This document shows, piece after piece, positions 13,330 to 27,121 of a stretch of DNA of 62,722 nt. Source of the DNA: Octopus bimaculoides (taxonomy: Eukaryota). Position 1 is the first letter of the stretch. Every line of letters starts with the position of its first letter. Location: positions 108,130,641 to 108,193,362 of the forward strand of contig NC_068983.1 of NCBI RefSeq assembly GCF_001194135.2, read 5' to 3'. The notes beneath the pieces were generated by a model, which had not been told where the DNA came from, searched no databases, and was given only the letters and a program-made list of their open reading frames with translations. The translations under genes and the position numbers were made by a program.

Positions 13330-14799
13330 TAGAGTACCAACATGACTGCAATATATATTCAGTGGTTGGAAAGAAAACAAATATAAGAAATTATAAATTA
13401 AAGTGAAAAAAAAAAAGATTTTCTAATCACTGAAAAAAAAAAGTGAGTTACTATGTAACATCTGAGACAGATGATTTGGGAATCTATCTATCGTTATTAA
13501 TTTAACTTATTTCCTAGAACAAAAAACTGAAAATAAAATTTACAACATAAACGGTTTCATTTTTGCTAATTTTTTTTTTTATAATCCAATCTGTTCTATA
13601 TTTCCTTATTTAGGAGTTCTCTATGTCCAAATATATTATATATGATATTTAAGAGACTTTAAGTTAGTAATTGACATTTTTATGGACATCGATATGATAT
13701 TGGATTATATATTGAAATCTAATTTGAGTAGGCCAAGATTCTAGAAGATCTATTTTTAAAGAAATATTTCTAATTATTTTTAAATCAAGGGATGTCCTTA
13801 TGTTAAATTAATTAAAGAAGTAAATAATTTCAACCAAAAAACATCTTAATCAGTATTGCAATCATCAAGAGAGTTTCTTTATTTAACAAAGAGTTACATA
13901 TCTAGCATTAAAATTACCTCAGAAAAAGCTTAGAAGCCTTGCTGTGAATTGATCAATAGATCATTTTAGATATATGTTCCAATTGTTTTATATTGTTCTA
14001 TATTATTTAATATTTTCTTAGTAATATTATTATATTTTTTAGATCAAGAAAATGAACAAAATTAATGAAGCACAAAAATTGAAACTTTCCAGGAGTTTTG
14101 TTTTCCTTTCAAATAGTAGTTTCTATTTTCTGTTTGTGTCTAGTTTTCATCTTTTTGTTTTAGAGGATTATTTTTACTGTCCATCAAATATAACAAGCTG
14201 TCAATTAGTGACATCTTGCATTTTCCTTTAGCTTTTGTTTTATTATATTTTTAATTCCAAATTATACACCTTCTGACTTTTTAACTTTTCATAGTATTGT
14301 CATTATATTAAAAGATTATGGAAACACTCACTTGATTTTACACCTATTTTTATTTTATTTACACAAAAAAAATCTAAAATGGATCTGTGCATCCTTTTAT
14401 TAAAAATAAAAAAAACTTTATACCTCAAGCATATAATGAACTAATTTTATTTTAAATAAAAAAAAATGTTCTTCCGTAATACTATCTCAGTCAATCTAAT
14501 GTTACTTCCTTTGTGTTATATTGATTTTACTCTATCACTTTACTTTCATTCATGATATTTTGACTCTTCATCTATTATGACAAATATGGAAGCTTTTTGC
14601 TAGAACCAAATTTTTATTAGACAGAAATCATTTATTTTCATCATGAATATTACTGTTAAAATAAACTTCTGTCACATCTATTATTTTATTAATCAGTGTT
14701 TTATTTGATGCAATATTTCAAGACAAACATCTGTTACATTGAATAAACATTTTATGTATACAGACATATGTTTCTCTGTCCACAATACTTTCTAGAAAA

Positions 14800-14805
14800 G
14801 TGTGT

Positions 14806-14852
<47 letters not shown>
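14800..14852. repeat. (TG)n microsatellite
   Basis: Direct reading. Confidence 0.95.
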
Positions 14853-14853
<1 letters not shown>

Positions 14854-15612
14854 ATATGAATTCATACGTCAGTGTGCACATATATGACAACACCTGCTAC
14901 ACTTGATATTAAGAAAATAATTTACAATGTATGGCTAATATTTCTTTCATTGGATTACACAGCAAAATAACCCTTATCAGACACTGCTGTTTTGCTGAAG
15001 TTACCTTTGCAACATTCAGCCTATGTTGTATCCACCAAGATTTATTAGTTAAATTTTTGTCTATTTTTAATCAATGAACTTCTAATTCCAACTAATTCAA
15101 TATGTTTCTATCTATAACTATAACACAACCATTCATTTCTGTTGATTTTAAATTCAGCATTCTATTCACAAGTGATATTTGTTACTCTTAAATACATCTT
15201 TTATCAACAGGAATAATCTCCATATATTCTAATAAGACAAAGGCAATACAGAAACATTAAACTATGCTTAAATGAAAATGTTACTGATTTCAAAGCCAAA
15301 CAAGATTTAGAGACCAACCAATTCTGAAACCTTCCAGATATATCTTCATTCCAACAAAATCGATCTTCAGAAAAGTTCCACTATACTGATGGATTTGAGC
15401 ATAATTATATAACTATAGATATGGCAATGCTTTATAGTTGTGTGTGCTTATGTGTACACAGTATTTAAGTATATTTATGTAATAAAATTCATAAAGACTT
15501 GCCTTTGACTTTCTGTATCCAAAATGGTATTTCAACTCAAAATTTACATGCTATTATCTATAGCTATGTGTGCTTTAAGAATCATTCTTCCTAAAAGAAT
15601 CATATATACACA

Positions 15613-15652
<40 letters not shown>

Positions 15653-16194
15653 CAAAATTTACTTTTCTGTTACTGTAAGATCAACAAAAAAAGTACTCCA
15701 TCCAGTGAGAGACAAATATTTAATGTACATAGTATACAGTTATGACCTACTATTAGTTGGAGATGTAGTTTAGGCACGTTTTAACAACATGCATTATAGA
15801 TTGTTTGGAGACACAGGGTGTGTTCTTAAAACTTGCCTTGAATACATATCCAAGGTATGAAACTATTGGTAGCTCATAACTGTATACTGTGTACATTACA
15901 TAATATATATACATATGCAGATATATGTATAGACAAACACATACACATGGATATAGATAAAAGTACAAAAGATCAGAATAAAACGTGCAATACATTTAAA
16001 ATTTTTATTACATCATATTTCACATAAATCATACCTGTGCCTAACTAACATATACTAGAATGCCATGTAGTAAACATGTAATGCCAGACCATGAAAAGAA
16101 ACAAGTAATGTAATCACATTGTCAGTTACCAACAAAGATTGGTAGGCAGACCCCAACTAAAAACTACAATTATATTCTGTAGATTCATTTATTT

Positions 16195-16246
16195 ATTTAT
16201 ATACATATATATATATATGAATATATATATATATGTGTGTGTGTGA

Positions 16247-16320
<74 letters not shown>

Positions 16321-16630
16321 NNNNNNNNNNNNNNNNNNNNNNNNNNNNNNNNNNNNNNNNNNNNNNNNNNNNNNNNNNNNNNNNNNNNNNNNNNNNNNNN
16401 NNNNNNNNNNNNNNNNNNNNNNNNNNNNNNNNNNNNNNNNNNNNNNNNNNNNNNNNNNNNNNNNNNNNNNNNNNNNNNNNNNNNNNNNNNNNNNNNNNNN
16501 NNNNNNNNNNNNNNNNNNNNNNNNNNNNNNNNNNNNNNNNNNNNNNNNNNNNNNNNNNNNNNNNNNNNNNNNNNNNNNNNNNNNNNNNNNNNNNNNNNNN
16601 NNNNNNNNNNNNNNNNNNNNNNNNNNNNNN

Positions 16631-16670
<40 letters not shown>

Positions 16671-16695
16671 CTATATATATATATGTCTATATATA
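16195..16695. repeat. (TA)/(TG) microsatellite block containing gap N 16321-16630
   Basis: Direct reading. Confidence 0.95.
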
Positions 16696-16732
16696 ATAGG
16701 AATAGGTTTCAAAGAGACTACACGTGGTATAA

Positions 16733-17287
16733 ATAGGGGATAAGTAAAAAGAAAACAAAGAAAAGCAAAGAGATACACATACAATTAAATGATTTGATGT
16801 GTTATTATTAAGTATAAAAATCATTATTATGAATCATTATAGAGATTCAATGTCATACCGGTATCATCAGATCTGATCGCTGACTTTAAATGAACACTGA
16901 TTTCCAAATGGTGTTGGGTCTAATAAGTACCTGAGTGAAAAGTTTTGTTCATGTTGAATTGTGGATGATATTTAATCCCACTAATCTCCATACATCTCAT
17001 ACACCGTTCATATTCCAGTATTTTTGTCTACCTTAATTGCATGACTTTCAGAACAGCTTACCTCCCTTGCATGGAATCTTTTCCCTCAGGTACTATTACA
17101 GCAAACACTGTTTGGAAACTGGTGTTCATTCAAACTCAGTGATCAGCTCTAACGATACCAGCATGACTATGAACCTCCATAATGATTCATAATAATGAAT
17201 TTTATACTTCATAATTACACATCAAATCATCTAATTATATGTATATATCTTTGCTTTTCTCTGTATTCTTTTTACTTGTTCCACTAT
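16733..17287. mobile_element. Foldback/MITE-like element with about 220-bp imperfect inverted arms and about 110-bp loop
   Basis: Left arm (about 16733-16950) aligns by eye to the reverse complement of about 17065-17287, e.g. cattattatgaatcattat, gatttgatgtg, aagtaaaaagaa, gtacctgag. Confidence 0.8.
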
Positions 17288-17320
17288 ATGTGTGTGTGTT
17301 TATGTATGCATATATATGTA

Positions 17321-17394
<74 letters not shown>

Positions 17395-17575
17395 TATATG
17401 TGTGTATATATATATGTATATGTGTGTATATATATATATATGTATATATGTATATATATGTATTTATGCATATATATGTATATATATATATGTATATATA
17501 TGTATTTACGTATATATATATATGTTATGTATATATAAGTGTATATATATATATATGTATATTAGCACACAAACA
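17288..17575. repeat. Cryptic (TA)/(TG) microsatellite
   Basis: Direct reading. Confidence 0.95.
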
Positions 17576-18544
17576 CACATGTATGATTGAAATTTGGGAG
17601 ACGAAATGTTCACAGTAACCCATCCATATTTAGGCTTGTTTGATATAACTTGAATGTGGACTACATACTGACTACCTTTTCTTCACATGTTGCATCAGTA
17701 CATTCATACATGGGAAAATTTTTTTGGTACATTCATATATGGGAAAATTTGCAGTATGCGTATCAACCAGGAATTTATTCTCTATGCAGTGTCATTGGAT
17801 TTCTTGAGGTCATTTCTGATTTATGTCATGTAATTTTCTATACGTGCTATATAAATGATTACATGAATTATGTTTATATAAACTTACTGAGTACTTTCTG
17901 TGAGAAATACCTTGTCTTTAGAAGAGCTGAGATGTTTATTTTAAAGCAAATGTTTGGTTTTCTCTCCCGCAAGTCTATGAGCTCAATGTAGTTGATGTTC
18001 TGTTGGAATATAAGTAGAGAAATATATGAGTAGAGACTCTGTTTTCAGCAAATAGCAGCCCCGCAAAAGATGCTTTGAGGAAAACCAATATGGGTTTTGT
18101 TGGGTGATACATAGGTGGATTAACGAGAGGTGATAACACCCATACATAAGGTGGGCTTGGGTAGAGGTGGTTCATAGTTAGCTAGACTGAAGGAACATAT
18201 CTTCTTATAATGACAGTGGAAGAGTAGAGAGATAAGAATAACATCTCAGTGGGTTATTGATTGAGTTGGTGAATGAACTTTTGTTCATCAACTGAATGGC
18301 TATTTTTATAAAATAAATATCTAGGATAAAATCTGTATCTGAAGTAGCTGTTACATCCAAGATATGTGAAGAATACTCTAGGTGTTGCATTGTAGAGTCT
18401 AATCGTGAAGAGAAAACCTAGTTTTTGGAATGCACTTCCCACTCAATGATACACATATGTGGTCACCATGAAGGCTAATCATTAATTGTGAGATTGTCAT
18501 TTGAAGCGAAGGTGAGAGTCTTAGTGGTATTATTCAAGAATAGG

Positions 18545-18762
18545 AAGGCAGTGAGCTGGCAGAAATATTAGCATGCTGGGCAAAATGCTTAGCGGTATTT
18601 CGTCTGTCTTTACTTCTGAGTTCGTATTCCACCAAGCTCGACTTTGCCTTTCATCCTTTCAGGTTCGATAAATTAAGTACCAATTCCGTACTGGGGTCAA
18701 TCTAATCGAGTGGCCCCCTCCCCCAAAATTTCGTGCCTTGTGCCTAGAGTAGAAAATAATCA
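18545..18762 (+). mobile_element. tRNA-derived SINE (family B), near full length
   Basis: aggcagtgagctggcagaa A-box-like, ctgagttcgtattcc B-box-like, gactttgcctttcatcc core. Confidence 0.85.
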
Positions 18763-18764
18763 TT

Positions 18765-18950
18765 AGCATGCCAGGCATGATTAGCAGTATTTTATCTGTC
18801 TTCACATTCTGAGTTGAAATTCTGCCAAGATCAGCTTTGCCTTTCATCCTTTTAGGGTCAATAAAATAAGTACCAGTTGAGTACTGAGGTTGATGTAATT
18901 GACTACTTCTCCCCAAAATTTCAGGCTTTGAGTCTGTAGTAGAAAGGATT
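18765..18950 (+). mobile_element. Second tandem SINE (family B)
   Basis: ttagcatgccagg...ctgagttgaaattctgcc...ctttgcctttcatcc...aaaatttcaggc, repeating the preceding copy. Confidence 0.85.
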
Positions 18951-21064
18951 ATTCAAGGGTAGGGAAAGAGGCTACTGCTACAAGATATTTTCTTTGGTAT
19001 CGATTGTGTTTTGGTAACGACTGTGTTTTGATTATGTAGTTTCTGTTGATTAAGCTGTGTTCAGATACTATGATGAAAGCAGAAACAGCAATGGCTGGGA
19101 AAATATGAGGAAGAGGTCAAGGATGCTATAGTAGTTGCTATGATAGTCAGGGATACATGTAAGTATAAAGACGCTGAACAGTGAAGATAGTTGAGGAAGT
19201 CTAACTATTTCACATTCACATTATCTTTGATTGTATCAGGATAGGGTTAGAGCTAATGAGATTTGTGTGCAATGAAGTCAGCAAAGATTATGGCATTAGA
19301 GAGATGTAAGTTGAAATACATTTCCCTGATGTAGGATTAGAAGAAGTCAAATAATTGCTGGTTGTAAAAAGAGTAAGCTAAAGAGATGGAATATAAAGAT
19401 GAGACACAGATATGAGATGAGAGTGTTGTGTCTCAGAGGAAATAAAAGATGATACTTCTATGCTGATAGGTGATAGTAAGTTGAATAGTAAGTTGAACTG
19501 AAGCCAAACCAAAGTCCATGGATATTGATGTAAAAGTGAAAGCTTTATCCATGATGATAAATATTTGCTAACTACTCTGTTAATATAATCAAAAACAGCA
19601 TTTTGAAAATTAAGAATAAGATTTCTTGTTGAAACAAATGTTCAATAAGACATTGTGCTGAAATTTTAAAACAATTATTAGAAATAATGAATTTTAGAGT
19701 AGGGAATAGTGTATCAAATTGCCACGGTATTTGACTAACAGCTATACTATCAACATGGTAAGGAGAAAAGCTTCCTACCCAGAAGGTGCAAAAATGTTAC
19801 TACATACTGCAAGGCATTTTGTTTGAAACTCTACTAATTCTGAAAATCCACTTTTTATAATAAGAAAGCAAAAGTAACAATAAAAAAATAATGACATAAA
19901 ACTGAACTATGAAAAATAGTAAGAAACTAGATAATATACCTAAGAAATCAATTAGGATGAAAGGTGAACTGACTACTGATAAATTAGGAAGTGACAAAAG
20001 AGAATATATCTTAAAAAAACAGAACATAGTTAAAGAGGAAAATTTCAAAGATTAAGAACTTGGAAAAGTAAAGATGTGTAAAACAAAAGTTGAATGCAAT
20101 CTCAGACAAAATTAATACTACATTAGACTTGATCATCTAACACAGATGAACAAGCCTCTAAATGCTTTTGAATATGCATAGCAGGGAAATTGGAAAGATG
20201 AACAAATCACTAACAAAAATTAAACTCTTTGTAAAAGAGATGAATCACAATAACCTCAAAATATTGCATTAGCAGTTAAGTGTGTTGCAGAGATATCAGA
20301 ATAGAACAAGAATCATTGCAGTGCTTGATTTCTTGAAATTCTAAAAACTTGTAACCTTAAGTAAGGATTCATAGCCCATACAACTGAAGTGAAATATTGC
20401 AGCATAGGACACACAATATAACAGACAGAATTATGTTTTGCATACAACAAAGGTGGTATTAACACAAGATAAACATGGACTGGAACAATGAAAAGGTCAC
20501 CCTTAATGCTGAAGAATGTGAACAGCATTAGAACAAAATATAGAGCAATGAAAAAAAAATGCTAAATACTGCAGAAAATACAGCCAGCAATAAACAAGCA
20601 GACTTTATGACAAAACATCAGCTTATTATGAAATTGTAATAAAATAATGATCAGGAAAGCCCATGGTATTGAAGAATTACAAGAATGTTTGTAATAAACA
20701 AAATTCACTTCTTATTATAAGAAAAAATATCTGGGAAAATAAACAATATTCTGTCATACAGAAAACTTTAAGGGAGCTAAAAAGAAAATACAGCTAACAA
20801 TTAGAATAACAACATATTGTTGGTATTTGGCCCTGTTAGATCAAACAGATCTATATCCAAAGGCATTACAGTCCTGATTATTCCATCTTTTTGTATAGCC
20901 ACTGTAACCCTCCTACTATGCAATGTGACTCTCCTTTTTTAAGATGGTATAAAATGATCTGATAAAAATTGGAAGGTCAATATGTATCACCTGTGGGCTC
21001 CTTAACTAATGACCTGTCTCTTTCAAAAAATATAACTGACTGTTATAATAGCTAAAGTGGACAG

Positions 21065-21103
21065 AAAAATAGACAGACAGATAGACAAATGGACAGATAG
21101 ATG

Positions 21104-21137
<34 letters not shown>

Positions 21138-21178
21138 TAGACAGACAGACAGATAGACAGACAGATAGATAGATAGAT
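21065..21178. repeat. (GACA)n/(GATA)n tetranucleotide microsatellite
   Basis: Direct reading. Confidence 0.95.
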
Positions 21179-21654
21179 TACATCATCGCTTTATCAGAAA
21201 GGATACCAGAGGAAAGATATACGTATTTAGGATAAATTAATACTCCAAGATCACAGGATTACACAGAACTGATTGATTAATAAAAAGTACAATGACAGGA
21301 TTCCTAATTTTAGCATAATAAACATGCTTAGAGAACATAATTTTAACATGCTTAGAGAAGGAAAGAGTAGCAGGGACTCTCAGCTGGCCGAAATAAAGCA
21401 AAATTACACTACTCTGGTGAAAAGGTAGGAGGTATTAGACCAATAGAGGAATTTTTCAGGGTGATAGTTTGTCTTCCTTATTTTTTGTGGTAATATAACT
21501 GATTTTAAAACTGCTATTATGAATAGCTAAAACATGGACATATATACATCATTAGATGTAGACAACATAAAGTAAACCTCTATATAAATGACTTGAAATT
21601 GTCTGCAAAGAATCAAGGTTAAATAAGCATTTTAGTGCACACATTATTTTGACT

Positions 21655-21818
21655 GTATGTAAAAGCACCCACTACACTCTCGGAGTGGTTGGTGTTAGGA
21701 AGGGCATCCAGCTGTAGAAACTCTGCCAAATCAGATTGGAGTCTGGTGTAGCCACCTAGTCCACCAGTCCTCAGTCAAATCATCCAACCCATGCTAGCAT
21801 GGAAAGTGGACGTTAAAC

Positions 21819-21850
<32 letters not shown>
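21655..21850 (+). mobile_element. RTE-tail-like repeat ending in (GAT)n
   Basis: gtaaaagcacccactacactctcggagtggttgg...aggaagggcatccagctgtagaaactctgcc...gttaaacgatgatgat; near-identical copies at 35055, 53334 and 61800. Confidence 0.85.
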
Positions 21851-24800
21851 GTTGCAATAAAAAAATAAAACATGAAAGAAAATAGAAATATATTAAAATA
21901 TTTGATACATATAACAGACAATGTTTGTATTAGTGATCACAAAGGTTGACTATTAATAAATTAATAAAATAGTTAGAAATGCAGAAAAGAGAAATGAAGA
22001 CATTTAACAACTTCAGGATCAAGTACAGTTGAATCAGTGCTGTTGGGCACTGACTTAAATAATCACATTATAAGGATAGTTAAGTAGTAGGGTATCCACT
22101 GTCATTGAGATGTCAATATAATATTAAACTGCTTCTGTTAAATGTTGTTAGAAGTATGAGAGCTTTAGAAACAAAACAAAAAATAAACAAAAAATAAATA
22201 ATAAAGTTAATAACAACAACAACAACAAAAATAAAATAAGATGAAGTTATAAAGATGGTAGAATTTTGTGTTAAAAATAAAAACTCATGCATTACAAATG
22301 TATTTTATACCACAAGCAGAAAGACAGTATTAGGAACCTGTCTCAGCTAAAATAGAAAACGATTGTATTCTACATTTGTCAACTTAGAAAGTGATAGAGA
22401 TTGATGATCAATGGAAAAACTGAAAGAAAATTCAATACCTAACCTTGTTGTTAACATTTTCCTATCCAATCAGATTGCATGAAATTATAGAATATCAGAA
22501 GCCTAAATGAAAAGGTTTCAAGCTGATCATGACAGTAATAAAGGAATTTTGTTTCTGGTACACCTGGTGGAAAAAGGTACTGAAAAATCAATAATGTAGT
22601 CATTCTTGATGATGTGCAAACAGAGAACAGAGGAAAACGATGTATAGTGAATATACAAGAAAATAATCATATCCTGCACATAGTAATCTAGTTAATGCAA
22701 GAGATAAAAACCAATGGGGTTTGTGAATTTAAGTTCTATGTGATGATCATCTTTAGATACTAAAGATATGTGACATGTCTGTGATAAGTAACATTACAGC
22801 AACTGGATAAGAACAAGTAAGATCCATTAAATTTGCATGCAATATGGACAGGAGAGACTGACTGTAAACAAAGAGAAAGGCTGGCTATTAGAGGTACTGA
22901 TTAGTACATGTATGAGAGGATCTGTGAGTATGTGCATGCATTGGTCTCAATATATAATGAGAAGGAACAATGTGTGTTAGATAACAAAAGTGTACTGTGT
23001 ACCATTTGGAATAGATACATAAAAAAACTAAAGATCATTAGAATTATAAGTTATCTCACAAGTTATGAACTGATAAAATAAAACTAATGGTAAAGCCAGC
23101 ATGCAAATTAAGACATGATGAAGATTAAGCTATGATAATATCACCCTTCTGACAGTTAATAATGACAACCAAGTTATTATCAACTTATCAGCCTACAATG
23201 AGCCCTTGGCTCAGAGGTGTCAAGAACATCTGGTGTTGCAGCCTGAACTGAAGCCTAAACTAGATTTCACAGGCCTGATAGAGACAATTATTCCTAAAAA
23301 CCCTTTTCCTAATGAAGGCCAAAGTAAATGAGTAAAGGAGTTAACAGACATCATAACAACTTTATTAACAATAAAGAAAAAAGTATGAGATATTAGCAAA
23401 ATTTGTATGCTAGAATGTGCAGCAAAAATCTCATATTAAGAATATTTCAAATGCAAATGGAGACAAAAATTGTCCAAATGAATACATATTGGTCTTCCAT
23501 GAAAAGAGCAATATTTGACGGAAGGTTTGCACTATTTCTGCTGCAAAATCTTTCAATTTCCTTCACATTACTAGAATAGATTTAGCCAAACAAGTGCATG
23601 AATTTAAAGAGGAAAGAAAAGACTCCAGTCATTTGGCTCAGCATGTACAGACAAAATGAAGGGGAAATGGTCACATCTTTTGGACTCATAAGCTTCTTTT
23701 TTTTTATTGGTTCAGATGACAAAAGATTCACAAAGGAGCACTCATTCAACAAACTAGAATTGGTGTTAATCACAACTCTAATCAGGTTCAAATTCTGAAC
23801 ACATACCAACAATATTTTACAGAATATTTTAAAAACAAAAATTAATAAAATTAGTATATTTTCTTTATAAAACTGAGCTAGGTGCTGGAGTAAACATTGC
23901 CATTATCTCTGCCTTAGCTCTTCTTTTACAATAATCAAGAGAAGACAGGGTAGTTTTTCTTCTACAGACAAAAAACTGTGTAGTAAGAGATGATGAAGTT
24001 GGTAAAACTATCAACATTATTAATGAAACATCTAGGAGCATTTGACAAATTGGGGATAAAATTATCAACATTATTAACAAAGAATCAAGGAACACTTAGC
24101 AGGTCAAGGACAATTGACATCATTTTCCACAAATAAGGTGATGAAATTTGTGTTTGAACAACCCAAATATTACATAAAACAATAAAAGAAAACAAAAACT
24201 ATACAGAAATGTAATTTAAATCACTGACAGTATCAAAAAGCAGTAAGGACATGAATATAATCATAAAATAGATACACAATCTACAACTAAATATAATATC
24301 ACAAAGACACCAAATACACAGCAATGAGAACTTAGACAATGCTAACATGACACGTAATAACACAACAGTTGTCCGTCCACCAACAAAACACTTGTACTAA
24401 GATCCAAAAAGTTACCACACAACATGTACACATTTTCTTTTCAATGTACTGTATCACACAAAGAAAAATAACTTTAAGAAGTGTTTCAAAGTACAAAAAA
24501 GAAATAATTTTCAATTGTTGAATCTTTTTGAACTCATTATAAACTACAGGTAATATACTGAAAATGACACAAAAAAAAAAACATAAGCTATATTTTGGGG
24601 AGGCATAATCAAACTAGAATTTATAATAATTTCAGATAAAAACTTACATGCATGGACATTCATGTGTGTTTGTAAAGAGAATTCTTATTCAATACTTCAA
24701 TAAAACTACAACATCTGTATTTTGACCAAACTCTCTCCCAATAAATTCTTGTTAATCTGATCGGACTAGCTTTCAAAGAGAAATATGAAAACATCCACAA

Positions 24801-27056
24801 ATTGTATAATAGTCTTTTATTCTTTGTAGACAATAGTCTACCTCCCACAATGAAATAATGTACAAATATCAACTATAACAAACTGTTTGCACAAGTGTTT
24901 CACTCATTATATGAATGACAGCAGTTTAGAGAGAAACAATAAAAGCCTTTGTGTTTTTATGCATTTCAACCATTACAGGTAACATAATAATAAAAGAAAC
25001 TCTAAAATGGTATAAGGGAAGTTTGCACATGCTGTTTTTCTGCTGAGCCAACAATGAGATATATATATGGTTGCATGAAAAATAATCATAAAGAGATAAT
25101 ATTTTTAAGGGAAAATAATCATTTATGAGATCTAAGCTATTATGATTGATGCAACAGTAGTGAACCACAATGTGTATATTTTTGCAGTTTGGATAAATTT
25201 TTATTCCCTATCATAATGTTATATCACTGTAATACTTAATTACTATTTTAATGAATGCTATATGCAATATTACTCATGTTGATGAATTGAAATACTGGAA
25301 AGCCAATGTTTCTATTAGTTTGTTTCAAATTAATAGGGGCTGCAAAGCTTCAACCTAGTACTACTCCAGAAAACAATAAACAAAAATTGCACATCAGATT
25401 GTAAAGGCTTTGCTTGATATAACAAACAAACCAAATATCAAGTTTAGAACTGCCCTGTCTAGGAGAATTATACTTATATTTCTATATTTTTGAGGTGATA
25501 ATGGATAAGTCAAATAGATCAACCTTTCAGTATTTAATCATGATTTGATCAACATGCTCACATATTATTTTCAGATTATCTAAAGACACCACACACACAC
25601 ACACACACATTATGATTTAGTTGTCCATACGTCAGAAAAAAGCACACTCATCATAAGTAATAGAGTGCACAAAATCAACTGGAAGTTGCTGGAACATTCT
25701 GGGCCACATCTGAATGGAAGCATAGAAGCATAAGGTGCAAGCTATGCTTAGATGAAAGTAAAATCATTCTAAAAGATTTACACGGACTGGTTGCTTTCCT
25801 AAATTTGGATGCTGCTCCCATGAGTGCAAGTTCATTTTGGCAGCATGGACATATCTATTTTTGAATTATGGAACAATACACACACACATTTAGCTTACAC
25901 ACTTTACTCATGGCTAACACTCCAACCCATGATAAATAACTCTTGAAAAAAATGATATAATATTTTTCATGATGTTTCATTCCATTTCTTTATACCATGA
26001 CTGAGCCAACTTAGATTCTATGTACCTCCAGCATAAAATAGGTCATGCACTTCGAGTCAGTATGTCTAAAAAGCCATGAATGGTCAAGGTGCAATGGTTG
26101 GTGCAACACCAATAATAACATTCTGACCAGTTATTTGCGAATCAATATCATATACAATATCACTGATACATATATATATATGTACACAAACATTCTTCTT
26201 CATAGATAAATATTTTAGTTAAGAAATTTGTAAAGTTTGGGAATACAAAGTCCATTAGATTAAACCTGTTTACATTTTGAATAACTTCTTGACCAAGGTA
26301 AAATGTAAAGTAGTAAAAATAATGGCAGAGTTAACTCTCCAACAATGGTTAACATTTCAAAGCATTTAGCAGTTTTCCAGCACTTTACTTGTGTATAAAA
26401 GTGGAAGCCATCTCTACTTTATAGTTTGCTAAATGACAAATGTTGTATTCTACAGTCTACAGTAAATCATATGCATATGCACACATTTTACATTAATTTT
26501 TTCCATGTTAAAATGGGTGAGAGTTTATGCAGTTTAGGGCATTTTCATAATAATGGAATAAGTATTTGCTTTTGATGCTGGATGCCCCTCCTACCACTAA
26601 ATGTTAACAGAAATCATAGAAGTTGTGAAAAAAGACAGCCTAAAGCAACCAGATTCATCAAACTCAACCCAGGTGTTCACTACAATTGTTAAACTAACAT
26701 TTGAACAGGTAACTATTTTGTTAGCTGTTATCATAGGCATTTTTTTATTGTTTTAACATCAATTTGTTAGATATATTTGCAAAAACATGTATCACTAATC
26801 ATCTCATTTTTATGTCATCATCATTGTGGGGTCTAATATGCTGAGACCTTATTCTTTTATCCTCTTTCACCTTCTGCAACTATAAATGCATTTTACTGTC
26901 ACTACACAGAACTTCTTAACACCACATATCCATAAAAAGACAGTTGTCTTTTGTGTAACTTAATGTGTCTTGAATGATATTCACAAGTAATGCACAGACT
27001 CACACTCTTCTCAGTAAGCTAAAAGTAAGTGATTTTAAGAATACAATCAGATATTA

Positions 27057-27121
27057 ATGGTCTTAGCCATATGATGGTCTTAGCCATATGATGGTCTTAG
27101 CCATATGATGGTCTTAGCCAA
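27057..27121. repeat. 17-bp minisatellite (ATGGTCTTAGCCATATG) x3.8
   Basis: Three perfect units and one partial unit. Confidence 0.95.

Larger units (their letters stand above)
20300..22800 (+). pseudogene. Highly decayed R4/Dong-like non-LTR retrotransposon, interrupted by microsatellites and a younger repeat
   Basis: RGIFQGDSLSSLFF (21445-21486) and KVNLYINDLKLSAK (21569-21610) match RT motifs GIFQGDSLSPLLF and LYMDDLKLYA; weaker KAHGIE and KYLG; outer limits approximate. Confidence 0.6.

Noticed and set aside
17640-19700. Possible very old Penelope-like remnant on minus around the SINE dimer
   Set aside because: Only vague compositional hints; no motif I could state with confidence.
24649-24872. 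Minus-strand segment with a gtaagt donor and a 70-aa ORF
   Set aside because: Every frame has a stop between the acceptor and the donor.
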